A DNA stretch of 64,000 bases from the human T2T-CHM13v2.0 reference genome, Homo sapiens (GCF_009914755.1 NC_060941.1); one strand, 5' to 3'. Numbered from the stretch's first letter, positions 35,013-58,798 are shown. A program made the numbers and translations. Notes: a model not told the origin generated them from the sequence alone.

Positions 35013-35892
35013 CTACTAAAAATGCAAAAATTAGCTGGGTGTGGTGGTGCACACCTATAGTCCCAGCTGCTCAGGAGGTTGAGGCGGGAGAATCACTTCA
35101 ACCTGGGAGGTGGAGATGGAGTAAGCCAAGATCAAGCCACTGCACTCCAGCCTGAGTGACACAGCGAGACTCTGTCTCCAAAAAACAAACAAACGAACAA
35201 AAAACTGGCCTTGTTTACATAGTCTCGCAAGCTCCAAGCCTAGAGATCTTGATGGAGCGGGTCAGAGTGCTGCTGCTCGGAGGGCTACACTCTGAGAACC
35301 ACCGATGGAGAAGAAGGGCGGGGTCAACTTGCAGAGCTGTGCTGGGAGGTGTGTGCTGCAGCCTTGAGGGGGTGAAGAACCTTTGAGAGGTTTTAAGCCT
35401 GCAAGAGATGTGGTCACATTTATATTTTAGAAAAATCACCCTGTGTGCAATATGAAAAATGAAACAGAGAGGGCAAGACTGGAGTCAGGGAGAGCAGTTA
35501 GGAGGCTGCTGCAGAAACCCAGGCAAGAAATCATAAAGACCTGAAATAAAACAATGCCAGTGGGGAACGGGGAAGAGAGGCCAAATCCAAGGGGTATTTA
35601 GGAGCCAGAATTGAGAGGGTGTGATGAGTGTTGATGGGATACAGGACAGGATCCTGAGATGGCTTGCAGGTCTTCAGCTTTGAGTGACCCATGGAAGCGA
35701 AGGAAGATGGGAAGGAGGGTGCCTATCACACAGAGAGAATGAAGGTTTGAGAGGCAAGTGTAGCTTTTGACATTTTGCTTTTGAAATGTCTATGGGACAT
35801 CAGAAATAATCTCAAAAGACCACAAGTCAGGCAGGGCGCGGTGGCTCACGCTTGTAATTCCAGCACTTTGGGAGGCCGAGGTGGGCAGATCA

Positions 35893-36926
<1,034 letters not shown>

Positions 36927-37231
36927 TCAAGCTATTCTCCTGCCTCTGCCTTCAACCAGCCTCAATCCTCCAATTTTCTTATTTTTTATATTTTTCAACA
37001 CCTTTTAAATTCTACATTCTGGCCAGCTGCAGTGGCTCATGCCTATAATCCAGCACTTTGAGAGGTTGAGATATGAGACTTGCTTGAGGCCAGGAGTTTG
37101 AGGCTTGCAGTAAGCTAGAATGGCGCCACGGCACAGCAGCTTGGGAGACAGAGCAAGACCTTGTCTCAAAAGAAAAAGAATTTAAATACTACATTCTAGG
37201 AGATTTCTTCAACCTTCAAATTTTGTATTGA

Positions 37232-37375
<144 letters not shown>

Positions 37376-37667
37376 TGAGTAGCTGGGATTGCAGGCGTGG
37401 TCCAGCATGCCCAGCTTATTTTTGTATTTTCAGTAGAGACGGGGTTTCACCATATTGGCCAGGTTGGTCTCAAACTCCTGGCCTCAAGTGATCCACATGC
37501 CTCAGCCTCCCAAGGTGCTGAGATTACAGGTGTGAGCCACTGCACCCAGCCTTGGCTATCATATTTCTAATTTATGATAGTTTTTCTTGCTTTCTTATTG
37601 TTCATTTTTTATAGCATCCTGTTCTTATGTTATGGATATATATCTTCAGGTCTCGCTGAAGAAATAA

Positions 37668-42750
<5,083 letters not shown>

Positions 42751-42857
42751 CTACTAAAAACATCTCTACTAAAAATATAAAAACTTGGCGGGGTGCAGTG
42801 GCTCACACCTGTAATCTCACCACTTTAGGAGGCCGAGGCGGGCAGATCACGAGGTCA

Positions 42858-43132
<275 letters not shown>

Positions 43133-43264
43133 CTAGCTACTCAGGAGGCTGAGGAAGGAGAATTGCTTGAACCTGGGAGGCAGAGGTTGCAGTGAGTCGA
43201 GAGCATGCCACTGCACTCCAGCCAGGGTGACAGAGTAAGACTCTGTCTCAAAAAAAAAAAAAAG

Positions 43265-44642
<1,378 letters not shown>

Positions 44643-44867
44643 TGAGCCTGTATGACTTGAATTTTGTTACCTGCTTGGCCCCTTGATGGCATTTCAGTTT
44701 GTGACTCTTGGTTTACGTGATCACGAAGCCAAAACTGTTTAGGAAGGAAGCAAAATCAAGACAGATTAAAAATAAAAATAAAAAATAAAAGGCTGGGCAC
44801 CGTGGCTCACGCCCTCCCAGCACGTTGGGAGGCAAAGGTAGGCAGATAACTTGAGGTCAGCAGTTCA

Positions 44868-45143
<276 letters not shown>

Positions 45144-45249
45144 TCACACCTGTAATCCCACACTTCGGGAGAAAGAGGTGGCAGGATTGCTTGAGCCCAG
45201 GAGTTTGATACCAGCCTAGGTAACATGGCAAAATCCCATCTCAATTTTA

Positions 45250-45611
<362 letters not shown>

Positions 45612-46739
45612 TTAAAACCATTATTTGAAGATAATGGCTTAAACAGAAACTCTGCAAATCCTTAGAATAAGAAAGTTCAGGCCAGGTGTAGTGGCTTGTG
45701 CCTGTAATCCCAATGCATTGGGAGGCTAAGGTCGGAGGATTGCTTGAGCCCAGGAGTTTGAGACAAGCCGGGTCAACATAATGAGATCGCATCTCTACAA
45801 AAAATTGAAAAATGAGCCAGGTGTGGCAGTGCGTGCCTGTAGTCCTGGCTACTCAGGAGGCTGAGGTGGGAAGGTCACTTGAGCCTGAAGAGTTCAAGGC
45901 TACAGTGTTATGATCATGCCACTGCACTGCACTCCAGCCTGGGAGACAGAGCAAGACCCTGAGACCCTGTCTCAAAAAACAAAATAAAAAACCCTCACTA
46001 TATTGAACACAACATCAATGTTCAATAGCCACTCTCCTTCTCCTTTTCTAATAAAATTCCACTTTTTTGTGTTCCATCCCAGGACCACGATTTATCTAAA
46101 CTGGTCATTCTGGATCAATAAGTTTGGCTAAAAATAAATAATATCGAAATTGGTCACAGGAAATCTATTCTTTTTTTTTTTTTTTTTTTTTTTTTTTTCA
46201 GACAAAGTCTCACTCTGTCGCCCAGGCTGGAGTGCAGCAGCATGATCTTGGCTCACTGCAACCTCTGCCTCCCGGGTTCAAGCAATTCTCTGCCTCAGCC
46301 TCCCAAGTAGCTGGGATTACAGGTGCCTGCCACCACGCCTGGCTAGTTTTTGTATTTTTAGTAGAGATGGGGTTTCACCATCTTGGCCAGGCTGGTCTTG
46401 AAGTCCTGACCTTGCGTTCTACCTGCCTTGGCTTCCCAAAGTGCTGGGTCTGTCACCCAGGCTGGAGTGCAATGGTGCAATCATGGCTCACTGCAGCCTC
46501 AACCTCCCTGGGCTCAGATGATTCTCCCACCTTAGCCTCTCAAGTAGCTGGGATTAAAGGCATATGCCACCATGCCCAGCTAATTTTTCTATTTTTTTTG
46601 TAGAGACAGGGCATCCCTACCTTGCCCAGGCTGGTCTTCAACTCCTGGTTTCAAAGGATCCTCCTGCTTCAGCCTCCCAAAGCACTGGGTCTATTATTCC
46701 CTTTCATATTCAAACTTAATTCTGCATTTTCAAGGCCTT

Positions 46740-46985
46740 GAATTTTCAAGGGCAGCTTTTTCTGTCCCTGAACTTAATCTTCAGCTCCTCTCACCTCCTG
46801 GGAGGTTGGGGGGTGGGGAAGAAAAGTCCCAACCCTCTAATCCTGCTTTGGTCTTTTGCCGCCAGCCCCCATCCTGAAGCTACCAGTCAATTTGTTTGCA
46901 TACAAGAAGATATCACTTTGGAGATTCTAAGTGTATACGAGGAAATGAGGTCAAAGACCAAATATATATATTTCACTATATCACA
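46740..46985 (+). mobile_element. MER21-like LTR 3' fragment
   Basis: ccaaccctctaatc...cccccatcctgaagct...atatttcactatatcaca end. Confidence 0.5.
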
Positions 46986-47227
46986 CTTCAAACTTTTGTT
47001 TACTGTTTCCCTTCTCCTACTCTATTATAAACCTTTGAGGGTGGGGACTGTGAGTTATTTATCTTTATATTCCCAGTGTCAAGAGTGTTTAGCTATAATG
47101 GGAATGAATCTCAAAGTTTCTTGAATAAATGACAAGAAGAATCATAGTTGCATGAACTAAATTCATTATTCTCAGTCCTTGAGGTAAATGAATATATTGA
47201 TATTATGTCTGCTTACTCTTTTTTTGC

Positions 47228-47636
47228 GAGAGAGAGAAAGAGGAGGGAGGGAGGGAAGGAAGGAAAAAAGGAAGGAAGGCGAAAAGAGTGAAAGAAAAGA
47301 GAGAGAAAAAGAGAGAGAAAGAAGGAAGGGGAGGGAAGGAAGGAAAAGAAGGAGGGAAGAAGGGAAAGGGAGGGAGAGGAAGAAAAGAAAGAAGAAGGAA
47401 GGAAAGAAAGAAAGAAGAAAAGGAGGGAGGAAGGAACGAAGAAAGGGAAAGAAGGAGGGAGGGAGGGAAATGAAGGAAAGAAAAAAGAAAGAAAGAAAAA
47501 AGAAAGAAGAAAAGGAGGGAGGAAGGAAGGAGGGAGGGAAGGATGGAAGAAAGGGAAAGAAGGAGGGAGGAAGGGACATGAAGAGAATAAAGAAAGAAAG
47601 AAGAAAAGAAAAGAAAAAAGAAAAGAAAAGGGAGGG
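47228..47636 (+). repeat. Polypurine (GGAA/GGGA/GAAA) low-complexity VNTR, left part
   Basis: Almost purine-only; unit gaagaaagggaaagaaggagggagg recurs at 47438, 47546 and 49903. Confidence 0.95.
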
Positions 47637-49818
47637 CTCTGCGGGCGGCGGCGGCGCGGGGAGCCGGTTGCAGGCCGAGATGCTGCAGATGGACCTGATC
47701 GACGCGACGGGGGACACTCCCGGGGCCGAGGAGGACGACGACGAGGAGCGCGCGGCCCGGCGGCCGGGAGCGGGGCCGCCCAAGGCCGAGTCCGGCCAGG
47801 AGCCGGCGTCCCGCGGCCAGGGCCAGAGCCAAGGCCAGAGCCAGGGCCCGGGCAGCGGGGACACGTACCGGCCCAAGCGGCCCACCACGCTCAACCTCTT
47901 TCCGCAGGTGCAGTTGTCTCAGGACACACTGAATAATAATTCTCTGGGCAAAAAGTACAGTTGGCAGGATCGGGTGTCTCGATCATCCTCACCCCTGAAG
48001 ACAGGGGAGCAGACACCACCGCATGAACCCATTTGCCTGAGCGATGAGCTGCCCCCCCAGAGCAGCCCCGCCCCCACCACAGATCGAGGCACCTCCACCA
48101 ACAGCCCACGCTGCTGGAGCTGGTGAGCCTGCGGCCGTGCTTCAGAGACTACAGTGACGAGAGTGACTCGGCCATCGTCTACGACAACTGTGCCTCCGTC
48201 TCCTCGCCCTATGAGTCAGCCATCGGAGAGGAATATGAGGAGGCCTCCCGGCCCCAGCCTCCTGCCTGCCTCTCCAAGGACTCCACGCCTGACGAACCCG
48301 ACGTCCATTTCTCCAAGAAGTTCCTGAACATCTTCATGAGTGGCCGCTCCCGCTCCTCCAGTGCCGAGTCCTTCGGGCTGTTCTCCTGCATCATCAACCG
48401 GGAGGAGCAGGAGCAGACCCACCGGACCATATTCAGGTTTGTGCCTCGACACGAAGACGAACCTGAGCTGGAAGTGGATGACCCTCTGCTAGTGGAGCTC
48501 CAGGCTGAAGACTACTGGTACGAGGCCTACAACATGCGCACTGGTGCCCGGGGCATCTTTACTGCCTATTACGCCATCGAGGTCACCAAGGAGCCCGAGC
48601 ACATGGCAGCCCTGGCTAAAAACAGTGACTGGGTGGACCAGTTCCGGGTGAAGTTCCTGGGCTCAGTCCAGGTTCCCTATCACAAGGGCGATGTCGTCCT
48701 CTCTGCCGCTATGCAAAAGATTGCCACCACCCGCCGGCTAACCGTGCACTTTAACCCGCCCTCCAGCTGTGTCCTGGAGATCAGCGTGCGGGGTGTGAAG
48801 ATAGGTATCAAGGCCGATGACTCCCAGGAGGCCAAGGGGAATAAATGTAGCCACTTTTTCCAGTTAAAAAACATCTCTTTCCGCGGATATCATCCAAAGA
48901 ACAACAAGTACTTTGGGTTCATCACCAAGCACCTCGCCGACCACCGGTTTGCCTGCCACGTCTTTGTGTCTGAAGACTCCACCAAAGCCCTGGCAGAGTC
49001 CGTGGGGAGAGCATTCCAGCAGTTTCACAAGCAGTTTGTGGAGTACACCTGCCCCACAGAAGATATCTACCTGGAGTAGCCGCGCAGCCCCGCCCTCTGC
49101 GTCCCCCGGCCCTCAGGCCAGTGCCAGGACAGCTGGCTGCTGACAGGATGTGGCACTGCTTGAGGAGGGGCACCTGCCACCGCCAGGGGATGAGGAAGTG
49201 GGGGCCGCTGGCTCAGGGTAGGGGAGGGTGGGGCAATGGGGAGAGGCAAATGCAGTTTATTGTAATATATGGGATTAGATTCATCTATGGAGGGCAGAGT
49301 GGGCTGCCTGGGGATTGGGAGGGACAGGGCTTGGGGAGCAGGTCTCTGGCAGAGAAGGATGTCCGTTCCAGGAGCACACGGCCCTGCCCCATCCTGGGCC
49401 ATACCTCCCCTGCCAGGGCTCGGGTGCTCTGGCTCCTGCCTTGATGAAGCCCATGTCCTGCCTTGATGAAGCCTGTGCCACCTGCAAGTGCCCGCCCTGC
49501 CCCTGTCCCAACACCCACCGAAGAGCCCTGAGCTCAGGCTGAGCCCAGCCACCTCCCAAGGACTTTCCAGTGAGGAAATGGCAACACATGGAAGTGAAGT
49601 CCCTGTTCTCAGCTCTGTCATCTGCAGGGCTTCTGGGTGGCTCCTGCCACTGACCTCACTGGCATGCTAGCCTGTGGCAGGCCTAGGACCTCAGCGGGGA
49701 GGAGGAGCTGCCGCAAGGCCCTATCCCAGCAGGAGAGGGAGGCTTCCTGACTGACACAGGCTAGCCCCATCTTGGTCCTGTCACCCTGGCCCCAACTATT
49801 AAAGTGCCATTTCCTGTC

Positions 49819-49833
<15 letters not shown>
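47637..49833 (+). pseudogene. MAPK8IP1P1: Processed pseudogene of MAPK8IP1 (JIP1): 5'-truncated, internal deletion with frameshift at ~48110, 3'UTR and poly(A)
   Basis: Intronless JIP1 peptides ([20 protein letters not shown]..., [13 protein letters not shown]3, PTB, C-terminal [10 protein letters not shown] stop 49079); ATTAAA 49798-49803; poly(A) 49819-49833; TSD-like AAAAGAAAAGAAAAGGGAGGG at 47616-47636 and 49835-49855. P1 versus P2 name inferred from context. Confidence 0.95.
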
Positions 49834-49849
<16 letters not shown>

Positions 49850-49990
49850 GGAGGGAGGGAGGGAGGCAGGAAGGAAGGAAGAGAGGGAGGGAGGGAAGGG
49901 AGGAAGAAAGGGAAAGAAGGAGGGAGGGAGGGAAATAGAAAGAAAGAAGGAAAGAAAAAGAAAGAAAGAGAAATAAAATAAAAATTAAAA
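49834..49990 (+). repeat. Polypurine VNTR, right part (continuation of the array split by the retrocopy)
   Basis: Same units as 47228-47636. Confidence 0.92.
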
Positions 49991-51391
49991 AACCATAAGG
50001 TTAAAGTAAACCCTTTTTCTTCATACAGATTAAAACACATGACTTCAAATTACAGCTTTGCTTCTTAATAGCTTGGTGATGTAGGACGTTATGTAACCTC
50101 TCTGTGCCTCAGTTTCCTCATTTATAAAATAGGGCAATAATAATATCTAGCCCATAAGGCATTGTGAGGATTAAATGTGAAATGCTGATCACAAATACCT
50201 AGCAGCCCAATAGATACTCACTGTAATAATTATTATTTTTATAATTTCTGCAAAAGTATGGTGATGATTCTTGGGTTAACCTAAAGGCAGATTTTCTTTT
50301 ATTTCTTCCTGTTTCTTTTCTTTTCCTTGTTCACTTTAAAGAATTAAAAAGAAAATTGATTCCAGCATTTTGGAATAAAAATTTGCATCAAAAAGAATTT
50401 ATTCATTTTATTGACATACAAATAAAATGTCATTTGTTTATTCAATAAACATTTATTAAATGTCTGGTAAATTTCAGACATCATGCCAGGCACAGGGATG
50501 ACAATGACAATAAGATGTGGTCTCTGCCCTCAGGGAGCTGATAGTCCAGGAGACTGACAAGTAGACAGGTGATTACATGCAATGTAACAAAGGCTATGAT
50601 GTCATACAAGAAGACAAGTGGGAGTATGTGATGGGAGTATGGTTTTGACCAGTTCCTCCTCTTAGATTTATCCCTTTTTCTTTGGCTATAAAGCAAAAGA
50701 ATTGGTCCTATTTTTTTTTCTTAACTTTGCAAATTAAACCATAAATTTTAATAACTTTATAAAGATAAAAGGCAAGCGGTCAGATTCAGTGGCTCACACC
50801 TATAATCCCAACACTTTGGGAGGCCGAGGCAGGTGGATAACCTGAGATCAGGAGTTCGAGACCAGCCTGGCCAACATCGCGAAACCCTGTCTCTACTAAA
50901 AATACAAAAATTAGCTAGGTGTGGTGGCAGGCACCTGTAATCCCAGCTACTCAGGAGGCTGAGGCAGGAGAATCGCTTGAACCTGGGAGGCGGAGTTTGC
51001 AGTGAGATGAGATGGAGCCATTGCTCTCCAGCCTGGGCTACAGAGCAAGACTCTGTCTCAAAACAAAACAAAACAAAACAAAACAAAAAGATGAGCAACT
51101 TGAATTATGGAGGACACTAGAAATAGTGTTTCCTACAGAATCAGGGCTTCCTACCAACATAGTCACTTCTAGGGTTTTCGACCTGAAAAGTTCTGTGGCA
51201 CATTGTTTCTTTGCTATCCACTTTTTTTTCCCTATTTTTCCCCCTCTTTCTCTCCTCTACTTTATCTCCTAGAGATCTAGGTAGTTCCCAAAGGAATAAT
51301 GCTTTACGGAGTCTAATGTTGATTTATTAGGTAAAAACAGAAAATGACTTTTTTTTTTACCCACAAGTTCCATACCAAAAAATGAATGTAA

Positions 51392-51526
<135 letters not shown>

Positions 51527-52046
51527 TAAGTACTATAGTACTCTTGGGAGTCATGAGATGATTTATACTCTTTTTAAATTTTTCATCAAAGATTAAGTAT
51601 TTTGCATTTAGGCTAAAATGTCATAATTTAAATTTTAACTGAGTTATTGAAAAACATTATTGGCAAAGGAAAGGATGTGTAATGGTCAAGATAGCCAGCA
51701 GGGGAAAGAGAACAGTGTTGAAGAACCCATATAGATTTGGAACATGTAGACACATGGAGGAATATTACTTAACCAAGAAAGCAAAGGGGAAAAGGTGTTC
51801 ATTATTCTAAAAAGGAAGAAAAGAGTAAATAATCAAGATGGGTGAATGCAATATGAAAATGAGAAGTAAGATAATGGTAAAAAAAAAAAAAACAGTGTAA
51901 GACCTACTCTTGAATATCATTAATTTGATGATGCAAATCAACTTTAATTTCTTTAATAAGAGCTCTCTGGAATTTTGCGGCAAATAAACTGTTGAACTGG
52001 CTTGTTTTATAGGGAAGCCAAAATTGAAGTAATCACATGTCCTTGA

Positions 52047-52190
<144 letters not shown>

Positions 52191-52909
52191 TAAGTTATTT
52201 TTTTCTTAGACTTATTTTCACCCTGTTGCGTTTTTAGGTTTGTTTTATTATTTTCTTAAGTCAGGTTTATTGAGATATAATTTTCATATACTAACATTGA
52301 CCCTTTTTAAGTGTACAATTTGATGAGTTTTGACAAATGTATAGTTACATAACCACCACCACATTCCCAATATAAAGCATTTCTGTCGCCTCAAAAAGGT
52401 CCCTCGTGTCCCTTTGTAGTCAATCACCTCCTCCCACCGTCAGCCCCTGTTAGCTACTAATCTGATTTCCTATAGTTTTGCCTTTTCCAGAATATCTTAT
52501 AAATGAAATCATATAGCATGTAGCCTCTTGTATTTGACTTCTTTCACTTAGCATAATTTTTTCTTTTTTGAGATGGAGTCTCACTGTTGCCCAGGCTGCA
52601 GTGCAGCGGCATGACCTAGACTCACTGCAACCTCCACCTCCCAGGTTCAAGTGATTCTCCTGCCTCAGCCTCCTGAGTAGCTGGGATTACAGGCACATGC
52701 CACCACGCCTGGCTAATTTTTGTATTTTTAGTAGAGACGAGGTTTCACCATGTTGGCCAGGCTGGTTTGGAAGTCCTGACCTCAAGTGATCCGCCCGCCT
52801 TGGCTTCCCAAAGTGCTAGGATTACACGTGTGAGCCACCTCACCTGGCCTCACTTATCATATTATTTTTTGAAATTATGCTGCCATCCATGTTGCTGCAC
52901 CCATCACTA

Positions 52910-53204
52910 CAGCTGGCCCTCCATATCTGCAGGTTCCTCATCCATGGATTCAACTGAACATGGATGGAGAATACTTGAAAAAAATGAAATATATAAAATA
53001 ACTATAAGACAATAAAAACAGTAGAAAATTTAAAATACAGTATAATTATTTACATACCATTTACACTGTATTAGGTATTTAAAGTATACCTGAGGCTATA
53101 TACAAACATTATGTCATTTCATAGAAAAGACTTCAGCATCTGTGGACTTTGGTGTCGGCAGGGGGTCCTGGAGCCAATCCCCTGCAGACACCGAGGGACA
53201 ACTG
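52910..53204 (+). mobile_element. Tigger3-type (TcMar) DNA transposon
   Basis: Terminal inverted repeats cagctggccctccatatctgcagg / cctgcagacaccgagggacaactg. Confidence 0.75.
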
Positions 53205-53727
53205 TTCACTCCTTTTTATTGCTCAGTAGTATTCCAGTTGTGTGGAAACCCCATCTCTACTAAAAATACACAAATTAGCCAGATGTGGTGGCACACACCT
53301 GTAATCTCAGCTACTCAGGAGGCTGAGGCACAAGAAGTGCTTGAAGCTGGGAGGTGGAGGTTGCAGAGTCTCCTTTACACTTGCTGTCCTCCCTCCACTG
53401 CCGCCTGACACACTCCTCCCCAGCAGTGGCCTCTTCATAGGCAAATTTAAGGAGCACCTTTTAGTCCTTGTCCTGCTTGACTTGGCCCTGATGTTTGAAA
53501 TTCTTGATAAATCTTTCTTCCGGAAACACACTCTTTCTATGCTTCCAGGAAATCTTTTTCTTGGTTCTCCAGACAACTTCTTAGACTCCTTGACCAATTC
53601 CTTCTTGTTGCCAACAATGGAAACAAACCAGCCCTACCTAAGCAAAGCACATTAAAACTCACTAGAAAGATACAGGGGAGGGGGCGCCCACTAAACCACT
53701 AAAGAGACAGGAGGTGGGGAGCTGTAG

Positions 53728-54330
<603 letters not shown>

Positions 54331-54354
54331 TAGTCCAGCTTTGGCCAGGCTCAG

Positions 54355-54783
54355 TGTGATGGTTAATACTGAGTGCCAACTTGATTGGATTGAAGGATAC
54401 AAAATATTGATCTTGGGTGTGTCCGTGAGGGTGTTCCCAAAGGAGATTAACATTTGAGTCAGCGGGCTGAGAAAGGCAGACCCACCCTTAATCTGGGTGG
54501 GCACAAGCTAATCAGCTGCCAGCAAGGCTAGAATATAAGCAGGCAGAAAAATGTGAGAGACTGGCTTAGCCTCCCAGCCAACATCTTCCTCCCGTGCTGG
54601 ATGCTTCTTACCCTCCAACATCGGACTCCAAGTTCTTCAGTTTTGGAACTCAGACTGGCTCTCCTTGCTCCTCAGCCTGCAGACGGCCTATTGTGGGACC
54701 TTGTGATCCTGTGAGTTAATACTTAATAAACTCCTGTATATATTCCATTAATTCTGTCCCTCTAGAGAACCCTGACTAATACG
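54355..54783 (+). mobile_element. MLT2A (HERV-L) solo LTR inserted into the head of an old Alu
   Basis: tgtgatggttaatactgagtg...ctagagaaccctgactaatac; 5-bp TSD CTCAG at 54350-54354 and 54784-54788; Alu reads ggccaggctcag|LTR|ctcagtgactcacacctgtaatccc. Confidence 0.9.
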
Positions 54784-54854
54784 CTCAGTGACTCACACCT
54801 GTAATCCCAGTACTTTGGGAGGCTCAGGCAGGAGGATGGCTTGAGCCCCAGAGT

Positions 54855-54962
54855 CTTCTTCTTCTCCTTCTCCTTGTCCTTCTCTTCCCTTCCCCTTTCT
54901 CCTCTTCCTCTTCCTTCTCTTCCTCTTCCTCTTCCTCTCCTTCCTCTTCCTCTTCTTCCTCT
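54855..54962 (+). repeat. Polypyrimidine (CTT/CCTCTT)n low-complexity tract
   Basis: Direct reading. Confidence 0.9.
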
Positions 54963-55203
54963 TGTTTGTTTGAGAAAGGTTCTCCCTCTGTTGCCAAGGC
55001 TGGATTGTAGTGGCACAATTGTGACTCACTGCTTCTCAGCCTCCTGAGAGCCCAGGAGTTTGAGGCTGCAGTGAGCTATGATCACACTACCACACTCCTG
55101 CCTGGGTGACAGAGCAAGACCCTGTCTCAAAAAACAAACAAAAAACTCTGGTATGATAGAGGTGAATTGTCTGTTTTATCCTGATAATTCTGCTTACCTT
55201 AGT

Positions 55204-55677
<474 letters not shown>

Positions 55678-56201
55678 CATAAAGGCTTGGTAAACAGGGA
55701 TGGTATGACGACACTATTGATAGGCCACATTAAAATACTTAGGGCCATATCCATTATCCCTGTTTTTATGATTTCTTCTTTGTCCCCATGCAGTTTCAGG
55801 GGCAAAATAAGGGAGTAAGTCAGAGGTGGTTCCAAATAGACATCTGGGAATCTTAGGGTGTAATATGGCCCTCATGGAGGCCCTTGCTGAGCTTAGGGCC
55901 TGATTCTGGAATCCTAGCATTGCCAAGAGAGGCAGGCTGGCAGGTGAGAAGACAAATAATGGGAGAGCCCACATATGTTGGAATTCATTTGATGGTATCT
56001 AAGCTGGGGTGATTGTCCCCACTAGCATTACATGACTATGGATCCAGTTATTTGGAGAAATCCATTTCCTCCACAGGGAATATATACTACATTAGAACCA
56101 AAGATGGAATCCTTAGTAAATGGAATCATTTGGCAAAATTCAGTTGTCTGAAATTTTTGCATAAAATTCTCTTTTTTATTTTCATTGAGCCAAATAAATA
56201 A

Positions 56202-57832
<1,631 letters not shown>

Positions 57833-58025
57833 CATTTTCTTATAAACCCAATTTCCTCTTTAGTGCAACTCTACCATTTGAAAGGAACCTTTCTATTGTA
57901 ATTTACAAGCTGTGAATAACCGCTATGTAATTCTTTCCAAGGATTAATAAACTGAGAGAGGATTTGAACCAACAGAGGTAGGGGAAGATTAGAAGGGGGA
58001 TGCAAGTGGCCACAGATCTTAGAGG

Positions 58026-58044
58026 CGGCCAGCAGAGGGCGCTG
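58026..58044 (+). promoter_or_regulatory. Strong CTCF motif CGGCCAGCAGAGGGCGCTG
   Basis: Full match to core CCASYAGRKGGCRS; both CpGs retained in a CpG-poor context. Confidence 0.7.
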
Positions 58045-58534
58045 CTCCAAGGTGAAGGTCGCACCCTGAGAGGCCATCCTTTTTTGTAGGACCAGACTGG
58101 GGTGTAAGGACAGTGCCTCATCCTCACAACGACAGACCCGTGTTCTGGGTGTGGATTTGCCTCCCTTGCCTGCGGGACTTCTGCTAGCACTGCCGTTCCT
58201 AGACTTAGACCATGCTAGAATGAGTCCAGGAACCGAGGAGAGGAGATGGGAGTGGCTCCTCCCACTGTGGCCCCTAATAATTCACATGAAGAATTTTTGC
58301 TTTCCTTGCCAGGGACCCGGGACTCAGTGGGTCCAGAGGTCCTAGTGCCAAAGGAAGAAATGTGTAGATCAGGAAATACTATTATGGTTTTATTCAACTG
58401 GAAGCCGAGGCTGGCCATTTATTGTATTTATTTATTTATTTATCTATCTATTTATTTATTTATTTAGAGACAGAATCTCACTCTTGTTTCCCAGGCTCCC
58501 AGGCTCAAGAGATCCTCCTACCTTAGCCTCCTGA

Positions 58535-58795
<261 letters not shown>

Positions 58796-58798
58796 TGA

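Noticed and set aside
47228-47636. EWSR1-FLI1-type GGAA microsatellite enhancer
   Set aside because: GGAA runs are short and interrupted, not a long pure array
47172-47894. 240-aa and 209-aa Phe/Ser/Leu-rich minus-strand ORFs resembling membrane proteins
   Set aside because: Antisense reading of the polypurine tract; pyrimidine-only DNA lacks stops
48123-49079. Calling the 318-aa JIP1-like ORF a functional CDS
   Set aside because: Intronless, 5'-truncated, poly(A)/TSD-flanked, frameshifted, GTG start and substitutions at conserved SH3 residues; kept as a pseudogene
49434-49473. Tandem 18-bp repeat tcctgccttgatgaagcc in the retrocopy 3'UTR
   Set aside because: May simply be inherited from the parent MAPK8IP1 3'UTR; cannot evaluate without alignment
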